DNA of 64,000 nucleotides, taken from NCBI RefSeq assembly GCF_009914755.1, contig NC_060927.1, one strand, 5' to 3'. Numbering within the stretch: position 1 is the stretch's first letter; every line of letters starts with the position of its first letter. This stretch comes from the human T2T-CHM13v2.0 reference genome, Homo sapiens. The position numbers were made by a program, and so were the translations under genes. This document shows positions 14,201 through 27,155 of this stretch, in pieces. Below the pieces are notes generated by a model. It made no database searches. It was not told where the DNA came from and saw nothing but the letters and a program-made list of their open reading frames with translations.

Positions 14201-14667
14201 GGAGAGGACACAATGAAAGAAAAATTTCAGAAGAGAGCATAATAGCTATATACACAGTCTCATGTACAAAGTACTGTTCAAAAATCATTCTCCCCATTGC
14301 GTTCATTTTTTATTAGATCAGTCATAATAATTTACTGGAGTAATAACTAGTAATTTACTAGAGTAATAACTATAAACTAGAACATATTTTCTTGATTCAA
14401 CGCCATTTAAAATTTTTGTACTATAAACACCTTTTGAAAGAATTTTCATTAAAGCCACACATTATATCTATTTTACATAGTTAAGAAAGACCTATTAAGT
14501 TCAAGTATATGGCATTGAAGAAACAATTGGTATGTTTAAGACAAAGAGCATCAGGAGAGATCAAGCACAGATATATTTTATTACATTTAAATTGAATTAG
14601 TATTCAGTTTTCTATGTTACTCTATTTAAAGTAGTACTGCCACAAAACAAATTATAAATGCCTTTTA

Positions 14668-15102
<435 letters not shown>

Positions 15103-15255
15103 TTAAGATCATGCTACTATGTCAGGAAGTTTAAGCTGTGATACAATTACTATCGCTAATTCACCACATGACCTTGAAAGACTCATTTAAAATATTTTAG
15201 TGTTTCTTTTTTATCTATAAATTGAGGACTTTAGAATAAGCTGTTTCCTCACCTA

Positions 15256-15669
<414 letters not shown>

Positions 15670-16833
15670 TCACTTTAGGAGCTGACACTGTACCAAGAAT
15701 ATTGAGCTATTCTCAATATTTTAGTCTGCTAAGATAAGAGAACATCAAGCCTCATTAAATTAAAATTTAATCAATTTAATGTGATTCCTGATCACATGAT
15801 CTCATGTTATTTGATCAAGTTAGAAGGTAAATGTCTGTTTATTCTATTTTTTGGCAGTGAAATATTTTGGGAATATGTGGTTCTTGTGGAAGAGGGGAAT
15901 AAAAGAAATTTATCTGAGGCACAAAAATATTATACTTTAAATACTTTGCAAAAAAACTTTCATGGTTCAAAGGTGTTTTTATATTTTACTTCAAAGTGTC
16001 ATGTTTCCAGGGTTTTTTGCTTGTTTTTATGCTACATCAAATTGGTTCATTTATGTATTGTCTACTAATACATATATAAAACCAATACTGCAATTAGTTT
16101 AGTTGCTTAGACTTGTTTGTATATATAATGTAGTCTAATTCATTTGATTACATGGAAGTTAGCATTTAAATTTCATGATAAAATCACCACAAAATTATAT
16201 ACCAGATAAATACATCGTATAGTTTGCATTATTTGCTAAACATAATGAATCAGATATCTCTCACTAAGTATTTATTTTTTTACTCTTTTCCTGTGACCAT
16301 TGTCAGCAGTTTTTCTGACTCAATGAAAATTTTCATCCTATCTTATTCCCTTATGCATTTGTAAAAGTGACTATAGACACACTCTTTAATTTTCAGTGTC
16401 ATTTTTCTTAGTTACTTGCATATTTCCTGACATTCCTTGGTTAAATATTAAAAGCATATAGTGGAGAAACATTTGTATTGACTGTAATATATCTTACAGC
16501 TTGGGTGGTGCAAATAATTTTTTATCAATACTCAGCCATTAGTTATAGTTGCCTCTTTTCTCAATATGAAACATTTAAAGTCATAAATATTTCATAGTAC
16601 AATTCCAGATATTTATTTAATATTTTGAACAGAATTAAGTCAACATTTAATATATTTATACAGAGGTGATTTGAATATTCTTTATTTTAAAAAATGTCTA
16701 TATGTAGATAATCCATTTTCCTAATTATTAGAGTATAATGATATAAAGTATAAAGGATTTTGCTTTAAATATATCTGTAATTTGATCTTTAAGAAAAATA
16801 ATTGTGAAAGAGTGAGGCAGTTTTTATTACTTA

Positions 16834-17058
16834 GGGAGGCAATTTAATGTACTAGAATAGATCATAGATTTGATGTCAGACAGATTTGGATTTTTTCTTT
16901 AGTTTTGATAGTGAAAAATCTGACAGATCCTGAGCAAGTTTATTAATAATCCTAATTCTTAAATCTTCAACTGTAGAATAAAAATGATGGCTTCTAATCC
17001 ACAGGTTGTTTTGAATATTAAATCAGCTTATCTGTAAAACAATTATCAAAGTCCTGTT
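16834..17058 (+). mobile_element. MIR SINE
   Basis: gtcagacagatttggatt...ctgagcaagttt...caactgtagaataaaaatgatg...acaggttgttttgaatattaaat. Confidence 0.65.
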
Positions 17059-17269
17059 ATTTATTTAAAACTAAGTAGAGTGCATCGGTTGTCAATATGT
17101 ATTTAAATAAGCTGGATATGTTTTTAAAAATTAAAGAAAAGCAGGGATTGTGTGGCTTGTGAAATAGCATGGCCAACACAATCGGATTATAGAGAATATG
17201 CTCCTTCACATTGATTTATTTAGAATCATTTTTCCTTTGCTTTACTGCAATAGCACTTTGCCCTTATTT

Positions 17270-17580
17270 ATACTTGGATACATGGATGTACTGCATAATG
17301 GTAAATTCTGGGCTTTTAGTGTAATCATCACATATTAGTGTACATTGTGCCCATTAGGTAAGTTCCCATTCTTCACCTCCTTTCTATGTTTCTGAGTGTC
17401 CAAGCTCTATTATTTCATTCTCTCTGTCAATATGTACATATTATTTATCTCCCACTTATAAATTACAACATGTGGTATTTGACTTTCTGTTTCTGAGTTA
17501 CTTCACTTAAGATAAAGGCTTCCAGCTCCCTCCCTGTTGCTGCAAAAGACATGATTTCATTCCTTTTTATGGCTGAAGAG

Positions 17581-17634
<54 letters not shown>

Positions 17635-18980
17635 GATGATAGATAGATAGATATAGCTATAGATATAGATATATAGATATATATCTCACATTTTTTGATA
17701 CAATCATCCACTGATGGACATTTAGGTTGATTGCAATATCTTCGCTATTGTGAATAGTGATTCGATACACATACCAGTTCAAGTATCTTTGATATGACGA
17801 TTCCTTTTCTTTTGGGTAGATGCCCAGTAGTAGGATTGCTGAACCATATTGCATTTCTATTTTTAGTCCTTTGAAAAATCTCCATAATCTTTTTCACACG
17901 TGTTGTACTAATTTGCATTCCCATCAACAGGGTATAAGTGTTCCCTTTTCTTTACATCCTTGACAACATCTGTAGTTTTAGTTTTTTTAACCTTTTAATA
18001 ATAGCCATTCTGATTGGTGTAAAATGGTATTGCATTGCTGTTTTAATTTGCATTTTTCTGATGATTCATGATGTTGAACATTTTTTCATATGCTTGCTAA
18101 TTTTTAATATGTTTCTTGCAAAATGTCTGTTCATATCCTTTGCCAACTTTTTAATAAGGTTATTTATTTTTCTGTTGAGTTGTTTGAGTTCCTTACAGAT
18201 TCTGGATATTCGACCTTTGTTGAATACATAGGATGAATTAGTTTAATTAAGTCCAATTTGTCTGTTTTTGTTTTTGTTGACTTTGCTTTTGAATTCATGC
18301 TTAGTCATGAATTCTTTGCCTAGGCTAACATCCAGAAGAGTTTTTCCTAGGTATTCTTCTAGGATTTTTATAATTTAGGGTCTTACATTTGTCTTTAACC
18401 CATCCAGAGTTAGTTTTTGTATGTGGAAAGAAATAGGGGTCCAGGTTCATTCTTCTGCAAATGCCTATCCAATTTTCCCAGCACTGTTTATTGCATAGGT
18501 GTCCTTTCCTCAGTGTATGTTTGGTATACTTTGTCGAACATCAGTTGGCTATAGGTAAGTGAATCTATTTCTGGGTCTTCTATACTGCTCCCTTAATCTA
18601 TGTGTCTTTATACTAGAACCATGCTGTTTTGGTTACTATAGCCTTGTAGTATAATTTGAAGTCACATAACGTAATGCTTCTGGCTTTGTCCTTTTGTTTC
18701 AGATTGCTTTGCCTATTTTGGCTCTCTTTGGTTTCATATAAATTTTAGGATTATTTTTCCTACTTCTGTGAAAAATGATGCCAGTGAAGAGCAAGTACAT
18801 TGAATCTGTAGATTGCTTTGGTCACTTTAATATTATTAATTCTTCCAATCCATGAGCATGGGATGTTTCCCATTTGTTTGTGTCATCTGTAATCCTTTTC
18901 ATCAATGTTTTGTAGTTTTTTTGTAGAAATCTTTCACCTCCTTTGTTAAATATATTCTTATTTTTTGTATAGGTATTGTA
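17270..18980 (-). mobile_element. L1PB (PB3/PB4-like) 3' segment
   Basis: 3'UTR catggatgtactgcataatggtaaattctgggcttttagtgta; continuous antisense ORF2 3' sequence up to tattgta at 18980. Confidence 0.9.
17581..17685 (+). repeat. Compound tetranucleotide STR (TAGA)10 TAAA (TAGA)3 TGA (TAGA)3 plus degenerate TA/GA
   Basis: Read directly. Confidence 0.97.
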
Positions 18981-19490
18981 AAATCCTCAACAAAATACTA
19001 GCAAACCAAGTCTAACAGCACATCTAAAAGGGAGGACACCAAGATCAAGTAGGGTTAATTCCAGGGATGCTAGGATTGTTTAACATATGTAAATCAGTAA
19101 ATGTGATACACAACATAAACAGAAATCAAAAACAAAAACCATATAATCATCTCAATTGATGCAGAAAAAGCATTTGTTAAAATTCAGCAATGTTTCATAA
19201 AACTCTCAACAAACTAGGCATAGAAGGAATGTAACACAAAATAATAAAATTCATATACAACAAACACACAGGCTACATCGTACTGAGTGGGGAAAAGTTG
19301 AATGCATTCCCCCAAGAAACTGAAATAAGGCAAAGACACCAATTTTCACCAGTCTTATTCAACATAATACTGGAAGTCCTACTCAGAGAAATTGGACAAG
19401 AGAAAGAAATAAAACGTATCCAAATTAGAAAAGAGGAAGTCAAATTTTCACTGTTTGCTGATGGTAATATCTCATACCTGGAAAACCCTA
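18981..19490 (+). mobile_element. Inverted 5' segment of the same L1 (ORF2 RT domain)
   Basis: aaatcctcaacaaaatactagcaaac (ILNKILAN) through ctgtttgctgatgg...ctggaaaaccct; ORF 19298-19561 gives [24 protein letters not shown]. Confidence 0.9.
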
Positions 19491-22435
19491 GTTATCTCCT
19501 TTTAACTAAAAGCCCTGAATTAAATCTTATATGTGTTAGAAAACAGGTGAATCAACCATGAAAATATGGCTGGAAATGTAGTTTTCAAGGAGTCTTTCAA
19601 CCAATTATAAAATCATGGCTCAGCGCTGGACTAGAGTGATGTCCTCATTAAATACCTTCCCAACCCAGGTCCACGGTATTACTTGGTATTACAAGCTTAT
19701 TATAAGATTATATACAAATTATTGACCACTTATTTGCTTCTAGAGCAGTGTTTTCCTGGAATTTTATTCATATAATTTCAGGTAAAATCTACTGAAATAA
19801 AAGTGAATAATATAAATACTTTACCAAATAGAGACTAGCTCCAAGTCAATAAAATATGGAAGGAATATTTTTCTAGTAGTTGTTACTATACAAAAAATGG
19901 TTTGTCCTTTTGTGCTGTATGAGCCTTTTAACATCTTTCTTTAATGAACACAAAACAAAAATAATTCATGGCTGAAGAACAAAAAAGGATAATGAGAATG
20001 AGAAGAAAAGAACTTTTGAGAAGCAGGTTATCTTCCCTTTCAACTTATAATACACATAGGTGGAAAGATGAAGGAATCACTCTTTAAGATATTCAGTCCT
20101 GTGTTACAAATAATATTCTCAGTTACTTTTCTTCTCTTTATTAATAATATTAATGCAATATGAGAGACAGAACATCTGTGGATAACATCATTTTCCTTTA
20201 AATTGTATTCTACCAGTGCTTTACTTTTCTTTCTAAATTGTTGCTTTGCAACAAAGTAAATTTCCAAATAATTCTTAACTTTTATGGTTATTAACCTTGA
20301 TATAATGCATTATTTTATCAAGATTTGACATTTTTTAACATTTCTGCTTCTGGAGAGGTTTAAAATGAACAACTGAAAATATTATTGCCATTTTTCTCCT
20401 GCCTATATGCATTTTCACTGAGAGTTGGCATTGGTTCATTAGGATTTTAACAAGGTAAAAGAATAAATAATAATCCTGTTTTAAGTTTAAATTTTTTTCC
20501 CTATCAATCAGTGGTCTTTTTATGATCTACTTCATGTGGTTAAAATATTGAAATAATCTAACTCAGATACATACCAATTCAATCTTTTCAGGAAGAACTT
20601 ATAGAACTGATCTTGAAACAAATAATTTAACCATAAAAAGAGATTTATGGTTATGATTAAATTATCTAGTGAAATGAAGACTATGGTAAAAATGAAGAGA
20701 TCTATGAGGTACCCACATTTATATAAACTTCAACAATTCTCTCTTGATTCTCTCTGGACATGTGTATACATATATGTACATATATACGAACAGAGAGGAG
20801 TTTAAAAAACTCATTCATTGAAGAATGAACCCTCTTAAAATAGATTAATCACTTGAGAACTAATATCAGTAAAGTTATGAGACAAGTATTACTAGGAAAA
20901 CTTTCAGACTGACTTGTTTTGTTGTTTTTTATTGGTTCTTTGGGAAGTAATTTTTTTGTCTGGAAAAAAATGTGTTGTAATTTTTATGTAGTTGGAGATG
21001 CTCTATCACAAAATAGAATTTTAATTATATTGCAGTATGCGTTTATTATATTTCAATTAGCCAATTTCTAAGAAATATTAGAAGTAAGTTTTGAATAAGT
21101 AAAACAGCATAATTGTTTTTTGGACCGTGATATGGTAGCTAGTATAGAACCCATTCCCACAATAAGTAAGAATATCAAATAAAATACATGACACCAGTTT
21201 TCAGACATTGTACTACTGTCAGAACAAAGTTGTGGTCTATTTTAGAGAGAAAACATGCCAGGTGAGATTTAGGATTGCCTTTGCTTTCTTTCTGGGAACA
21301 CAATCAGAATGAGCTGTAAGGAGATTGAATTCAAGCAGAACATAATATTCTTATCAGCAATAGAAACAGCCACCAGAATGTGAGCCTGCTGTGGATGAAG
21401 GAAGTTGGAGGGTAAAGTATCAAAGAGATGGAAGCTGTAAAGAGAAGGAATTCCAGAAATGTAATAATGTCCCATTTGGTCTTTGAACAATGACTAAGAG
21501 TGCCTACACTAACCAAGACTCTACAAGGCCTGGCAGGAAACAGCTGCTGGTAATCTCTGACTTGAAGGGAGACTGTAGTTCACTTGGGTCTGAGAGACAT
21601 AGGAGTTTCACATAGCTAGAGTAAGGAAAACTCACTGCACATCTAAATTAAAGACTACTTTGTATCTACCTTAAGAAAGATTAAAAACAAATCTTGTTAT
21701 ATAGATGAATGTGACCCATTAACTTCCTGTGAGCAAAAAAGCATTTTTAAGGAGACTCAGGCATCCACACTATCCAGCATATAATTTAAAATCAGTGGAA
21801 GTAAGAAATGAGAAAATGAGACTTCTAAGTAGGAAGGAAATAGTCAAGAGAAAATAACACTGAGATGAAGCAGATGAGGTTAACAGGCAAAAACTTTAAA
21901 GCAACTATTATAAATATTTAAGCACAGTAGCTTAAGAAAAACATATATGAAATAAATGGAAAACTGTAATAATGTCAAAAATTAGAAAACTCAATATTGT
22001 TAAGATGTCAGTTCTCACCAAATTGATTTATTGATTCAAAGCAATTTCATTATAATTCCAGAAGGCTTTAAAAAATATATGAATTGCAAATAGACCTTAA
22101 AATGTAGATGTAAATGTGAAATATCCAGAGTAGTAAATGCTGGCTTGGATAAGAAGAACAAAGTAGAAGGATATATACAATTTAACCTCAAACCACTCCA
22201 CAAACCTTCAGAAATCTAGACAGTATTGAATTGGTATATAAAAAATTAAGTTTAATGGAACAGATTAGAAATTCATGACTTGACTCATTCTTATATGTTC
22301 ATTTGGGTGTGGAATGAGGTGCCAGAGAAAGTCAGTAGAAAAAACACTTAACAACCAACAGTGGGCAATTGTTAAATTTAAAAACAAATGTTAAATTTAA
22401 CAATGTAACAAGAGGTGTAAGAAAAAGTATATATC

Positions 22436-24340
22436 TATGATATTGTGATATAATAAGAAATATTTGGTCTTCGTCTCTGGTTTCTGATACACAGGTTCTA
22501 ACATTCTTGTGATTTCTTAAGCAGTAAAAGGAACGAAAGCATTTTTGTTATCCCTAATGAAACGGGAAAAGTTCCCTTGTCCCCCTTGTCCCCCTCACCA
22601 GGCATGCGATGGGGGTGTGGCTTGCTTCTTCAGCGCTCCTGCTGCTCAAATCTCCAGGGGAGCATACAGAAGGGCAGATTATGGGGCTCCGACCTCACGG
22701 CGGTGTCTAGGGGTGAATGTTGACAGCTCCTGAAGCCCCACTGGGTGTGTGTTACAGGGTGCTCTTTTAGTTTGCCATCTATCGGCAGCTTGTGTTAACC
22801 AGCTAGCTCAATTAGGCCATCTACCTTGTCCCACGGTCAGAGGGTTTTCTGTATCCTGGGTTCTTGCCTTGGTGTACCAGAAGAATCGGATCACACGTGG
22901 CCTGGAAGAATGAGTGCCAAGTTTTATTGAGTGGAGGTAGCTCTCAGCCAAAGGGGGAGCCAGAAGGGAGATGGTTTTCCCCTTGAGTTGGGCCGCTTGG
23001 CAGCTGAGGCTCTCCTCCCACTGCTCTGGCCAAAATCCGCCTTGTGCCGCCAGTTGATGGCCTGCTGGCATGCTGGTGCCTGCTGGTGTGCTCTTCTGCT
23101 GGCATGCTCCTCTCGACGTCCTCTCAATGACCAGCCGCTTGCGTATTCTTCCGCTGATGTGTCCCTCATGACCTCCAGCCGCTTGTGTGTCTGTCGGTTA
23201 GGGTAGGGTCTCGGGTTTTTACAGGCCCAGGATGGGGGCGTGGCAGGCCAGGGTGGTCTTGGAAAATGCAACATTTGGGCATGAAAGCAGGAGTGCCTGT
23301 CCTCACCTAGTTCCATGGGGGTGGAACCCTAGCCAGGGACCTGCCTTTCTCTACTCAGCACTTCCCTGCCCACTTTCTGTATCATTTAAAGGGACCACAC
23401 TCTTCCCTTCCCAGCACTCCCATATCACTAATAAACATCTTTCAATGTTACCCGAGATGATATTAATGAAGTGACTGGTCGTGGACCCCTAGAGAGCTTC
23501 AGGATATGGAATGGTTGCCAGAGGCACCAATCATGTGATTAGAGGGTTAAAATTTTCTCCACCCCTTTACCAGGAGAAGAGAGAAGCTAGAAGCTGAGTT
23601 AATTTCCAATGGCCGATGGTTTAAATAATTATGCCTATATGATATTCTAATGAATTAACTCTTGGGGAGCTTCTAGATAGCTTGAGGATGGGGGCTATTT
23701 ACTGAAAGAACAAACCACAGTTGAAGCTTGGAATGTTTAGCCTGGACTCTCTTCCTCCGGGGATGGAACACCTGGAGATTAAGTTTGATCATTCATAATG
23801 CCTATATGATGAAGCCTCGACAGAGATCTCTAAACTGCAGAGTTCACAGAAGTTTCAGGTTGGTGAGCATAGCCGCATGCTGGAAGGGTGGCACACCACA
23901 GCTCCACATGACAATAGCTCGTGTGCTCAGGATTCCCCTGGACCTCACCCTGTGTACCTCCTTGTTTGGCTGTTAATTTATATTCTTTACGATATCTTTT
24001 AAAATAAGTCAGTAAACATAAGAAAAGTGTTTCCATAAGTTATGTGTACCATTATAGCAATAATTGAATGTAAAGATCGGGTTGTGAGAGCCCCAGGATT
24101 GTAGCCAGGTCTGACAGAAGTGTCTTTGCCCAGAGCACCCCATAGTTAAGACTGGTGGCTGAATTGGGGGCAGTCTTGTAGGACTGAGTTCTTAACCAGT
24201 GAGCTCTGAATTAACTCTGGATAGTTAGCATCAGAAATGAATTAAATTTCAGGGCGTCCATTTGTTGCCCTCAGAGGACTGAAGGATAGTTTGGTGTGAA
24301 AAACCCACATATGCCTTGTCAGAAGTGTTCTAGGGGTAGA
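22436..24340 (+). mobile_element. MER21C ERV LTR, interrupted by LTR1
   Basis: tatgatattgtgatataataagaaatatttggtcttcgtc start; cccctagagagcttcaggat; aaaacccacatatgccttgtcagaagtgtt end. Confidence 0.8.
22558..23427 (-). mobile_element. LTR1-family (HUERS-P2, ERV1) solo LTR
   Basis: TG...CA termini; reverse complement begins tgatatgggagtgctgggaagggaagagtgtggtccctttaaatgata; perfect 4-bp TSD ctaa (22554-22557, 23428-23431). Confidence 0.88.
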
Positions 24341-24507
24341 AATAGATATAAGGGATATATACATAAAAAAAGAACCCTAATTTCTACCTCATATGAATCA
24401 CAAAAATTAATTTAACCTTAATCTTATATCTACAATAAAATCTAAAACAATAATGCTTCTTGAATCAATATTGGAGAATATCTTCATGATCTGGGGTAGT
24501 AAATATG

Positions 24508-24778
24508 TCTTAGAATATGAAAAAACTATATCTTAGAATATGAAACTATATTCTAAACTAAATTCTAAAACTATATCTTTCGAAACTATACTCAAACTAT
24601 ATTCTATAGTTATATAATTTCTATAATATATAGAATATATTTCTATAGTTATATAGAATATATTTCTATATTTATATAGAATATATTTCTATAGTTAGTT
24701 ATATAGAATATATTTCTATAGTTATATTTCTAAACTATATTCTAAAACTATATCTTAGAATATGAAAAAACTATATCT
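24508..24778. repeat. Complex AT-rich repeat bounded by a 26-bp direct repeat
   Basis: tcttagaatatgaaaaaactatatct at 24508-24533 and 24753-24778; interior has about four 23-bp units tatagaatatatttctatagtta. Confidence 0.9.
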
Positions 24779-24940
24779 ATCTGCAAAAGAGAAGTTAAAC
24801 TTTGTCAAAATTAAAATCGTCTGCTTATCAATAGACACTGTTAATAACAAATTAAGCCATGGATTGGGGGAAACCAATATTTGTAAACCATAAATTTGAT
24901 AAAGGATCTAGCTCCAAATTATATGGAAGACACTTAAACT

Positions 24941-24965
24941 CAGAGCGAGACTCCGTCTCAAAAAA

Positions 24966-24996
<31 letters not shown>
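24941..24996 (+). mobile_element. Alu 3'-terminal stub (19 bp plus A-rich tail)
   Basis: cagagcgagactccgtctc followed by A8 and (TAAAAA)n. Confidence 0.85.
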
Positions 24997-25213
24997 GAGC
25001 CACAAAAGCCTGTAAAAGTCTTTTCACAAAAGGACAAATGGGAATTTTCCTTCCCCCCACCAAAAAAAAAATTTGCATGATCAAATGAGTAAACATATTG
25101 AGAATAAGAGGAGAAAAATTTCTCATTGTTGAAGAGAGGGCTTACAGATATGGCATATACAGAGAGGGGTAAAGACTTTCTAATATCCTGTGTCGTTGGT
25201 TTGGAAGTTAATA

Positions 25214-25626
25214 TAAGAAAATGTGGTACATACACAACATGGAATATTCTGCAGCCATAAAATGTTACAAGATCATGTCCTTTGCAGGGACATGGATGGA
25301 GCTGGAGGCAATTTACCTTCAGTAAACTAACCGAGGTAGAGAAAACCAAATACTGAATGTTCCACTTGTAAGTGGAAGCTGAATGATGAGAGTACATGGA
25401 CACATGTGGGGGAAACAGCACACACTGGGGCCTACAACACACACTGGGGCCTGTCAGAGGGTGGCAGAGGAGGAGGGAGAACATCAGGAAAAATAGCTAA
25501 TGGATGCTGGCCTTAATAGGTAGGTGATGGGATGATATGTGCAGCAAACAACCATGGCTCACATTTACTATGTAGCAAAACTGCACATCCTGCACATGTG
25601 TCCCAGAGCTCAAAGTTAAAAAAAGA
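25214..25626 (+). mobile_element. 5'-truncated L1PA (PA10-13-like) 3' end
   Basis: aagaaaatgtggtacatacac...tcctttgcagggacatggatggagctggag...ctgcacatcctgcacatgt; degenerate TSD aagttaatata / aaattaatata. Confidence 0.9.
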
Positions 25627-26712
25627 AAATTAATATATCAGTGTGAACTCATCTTGTGTGCCCTGAGAGTGCCTTGACAAAATGAGATCCATAATGTGCC
25701 TTCTAAATAAAATTATTTAATTGAATATATTCTATCTCTTTTGAGAAATTAATGATTTCAAGGCTATTACACCAAACATATAAGATAAACTTAAAATATC
25801 TTGTTGACAGAAACCAAGAAAATACTCAACAGCATGATACGAACATGTCAAAGTGACATCGATGCTAGTTTGAAGAGGTCCTCATTGGCCAAATACAGAA
25901 CAAATTCAGCATCAAAATTTATTGATAGTTATATTTTATCTTTGAATAAAATAAGAAATCTTGAATTTACACTGGCATAAATGAATGAATAAATAGTATG
26001 ATAAAATGGAAAAGAAGTACCTAATAAAAATAGGACAGACAGAATAAGAAATTTATCACCAGATGATACAATTTCCTTCACATAGCACTTCTTAATTACA
26101 AAGGAAAAATATTAACTTTGTAATACTAAAACCTGGGGATATCACTGTACCCAAGTGTGCAGGGGAATCTCATCCATATTGAGACAAATCAACATCATTT
26201 GTCCATGATATATGGACAAATCATTGTCCATATATGAAACATCATTCCTGATATACCCTAGGAATGATACAACATCATTTCAGCAAATATGTCAATTAAA
26301 CAGTCTCACAGTAACTACCTTATTGTCCTAAAATATTTCAATGTTAACATAAGAAAAACTAAAGAATTCTTTCAGATGAAAGGAAGCTAAAAATGCATGA
26401 TATCAAATGTTGTGAATGATCCTGGATTGGATCCTGGACTTCACTGGGGTGGAGGGAAGCGTGGTAGAAAACAGCTATAAATTACATTATTGTGGCAGTT
26501 GATGAAATTTGAACATGGCTGTGGATTAAATGATAATATTATATCAAGGTTAAATTTTCCGATTTTGGTAGCTATGTTATAGCTCTGTAACAGAATACTC
26601 TTGTTCTGTTAAAAGAAACCATCTCCAAATTATTCTCAAATGTTTCAGAAAAAATGTGCACACATGCATACAAATACATACATGGGAGAGGGAGGAAGAG
26701 ACAGAGAGGGAC

Positions 26713-26745
26713 ACCCCCCCCCCCCCACACACACACACACACACA
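26713..26745 (+). repeat. Poly(C) plus (CA)n microsatellite
   Basis: Read directly. Confidence 0.9.
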
Positions 26746-27039
26746 AGGTGCGGGGGGAGAGAATGATTAAACGATGCAAGATATCAATAATAGGTGGATC
26801 CAGATAAATGATACCGGAGTTTCTTGTACTATTCCTGAAATTTTTAAGTTCTCAAATAAATCAGCATAAAGGGTTACAAAAAATCAGATAAATGAAACCA
26901 TTGAAAATGCAAATGTGAAACAATAATTAAAAGAGAAATGAGAAAAGCTGGTATAGTCATTTAAGTATTCATGTGAGAGACAGAGCTAACCTAACAAGGT
27001 TGCTGAGGGTGATTAAGGCCTAACCCTCTAGTATGTCAC

Positions 27040-27155
27040 ATGGGGAACTGCTGTCTAAAGGGATTAAATAACCCACAGTACAAAGCTAAATAGTTGCAGA
27101 GCCATGTTTACCTTCCAGATCTTTTTTCACTCTGCCTGGTACCTTTCCACATTAA
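27040..27155 (-). mobile_element. MIR fragment
   Basis: atggggaactgctgtctaaagggattaaataacc...aagctaaatagttgcagagcc. Confidence 0.5.

Larger units (their letters stand above)
21770..26870 (+). mobile_element. Old L1M (L1MC-like 3' end) host element carrying nested insertions
   Basis: ctcaatattgttaagatgtcagttctcaccaaattgattta (~21990) is L1 ORF2; resumes ~24365; L1MC3/4-like 3'UTR gtttgaagaggtcctcattggccaaat...agcatcaaaat (~25870); boundaries approximate, may be more than one element. Confidence 0.7.

Noticed and set aside
14328-14372. Short tandem duplications (also at 25420, 36638 and 46037)
   Set aside because: Ordinary 12-23 bp slippage duplications
23050-23112. p53-like CATG motifs in LTR1
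   Set aside because: Half-sites mismatch RRRCWWGYYY and are not properly paired
24620-24730. Palindromic 23-bp repeats as a CRISPR array
   Set aside because: No unique spacers and no cas genes; a simple AT-rich tandem repeat
24852-25484. Longest ORF in the window (210 aa, minus strand)
   Set aside because: Runs antisense through an L1PA 3'UTR, old L1 and an Alu tail; low-complexity chance ORF
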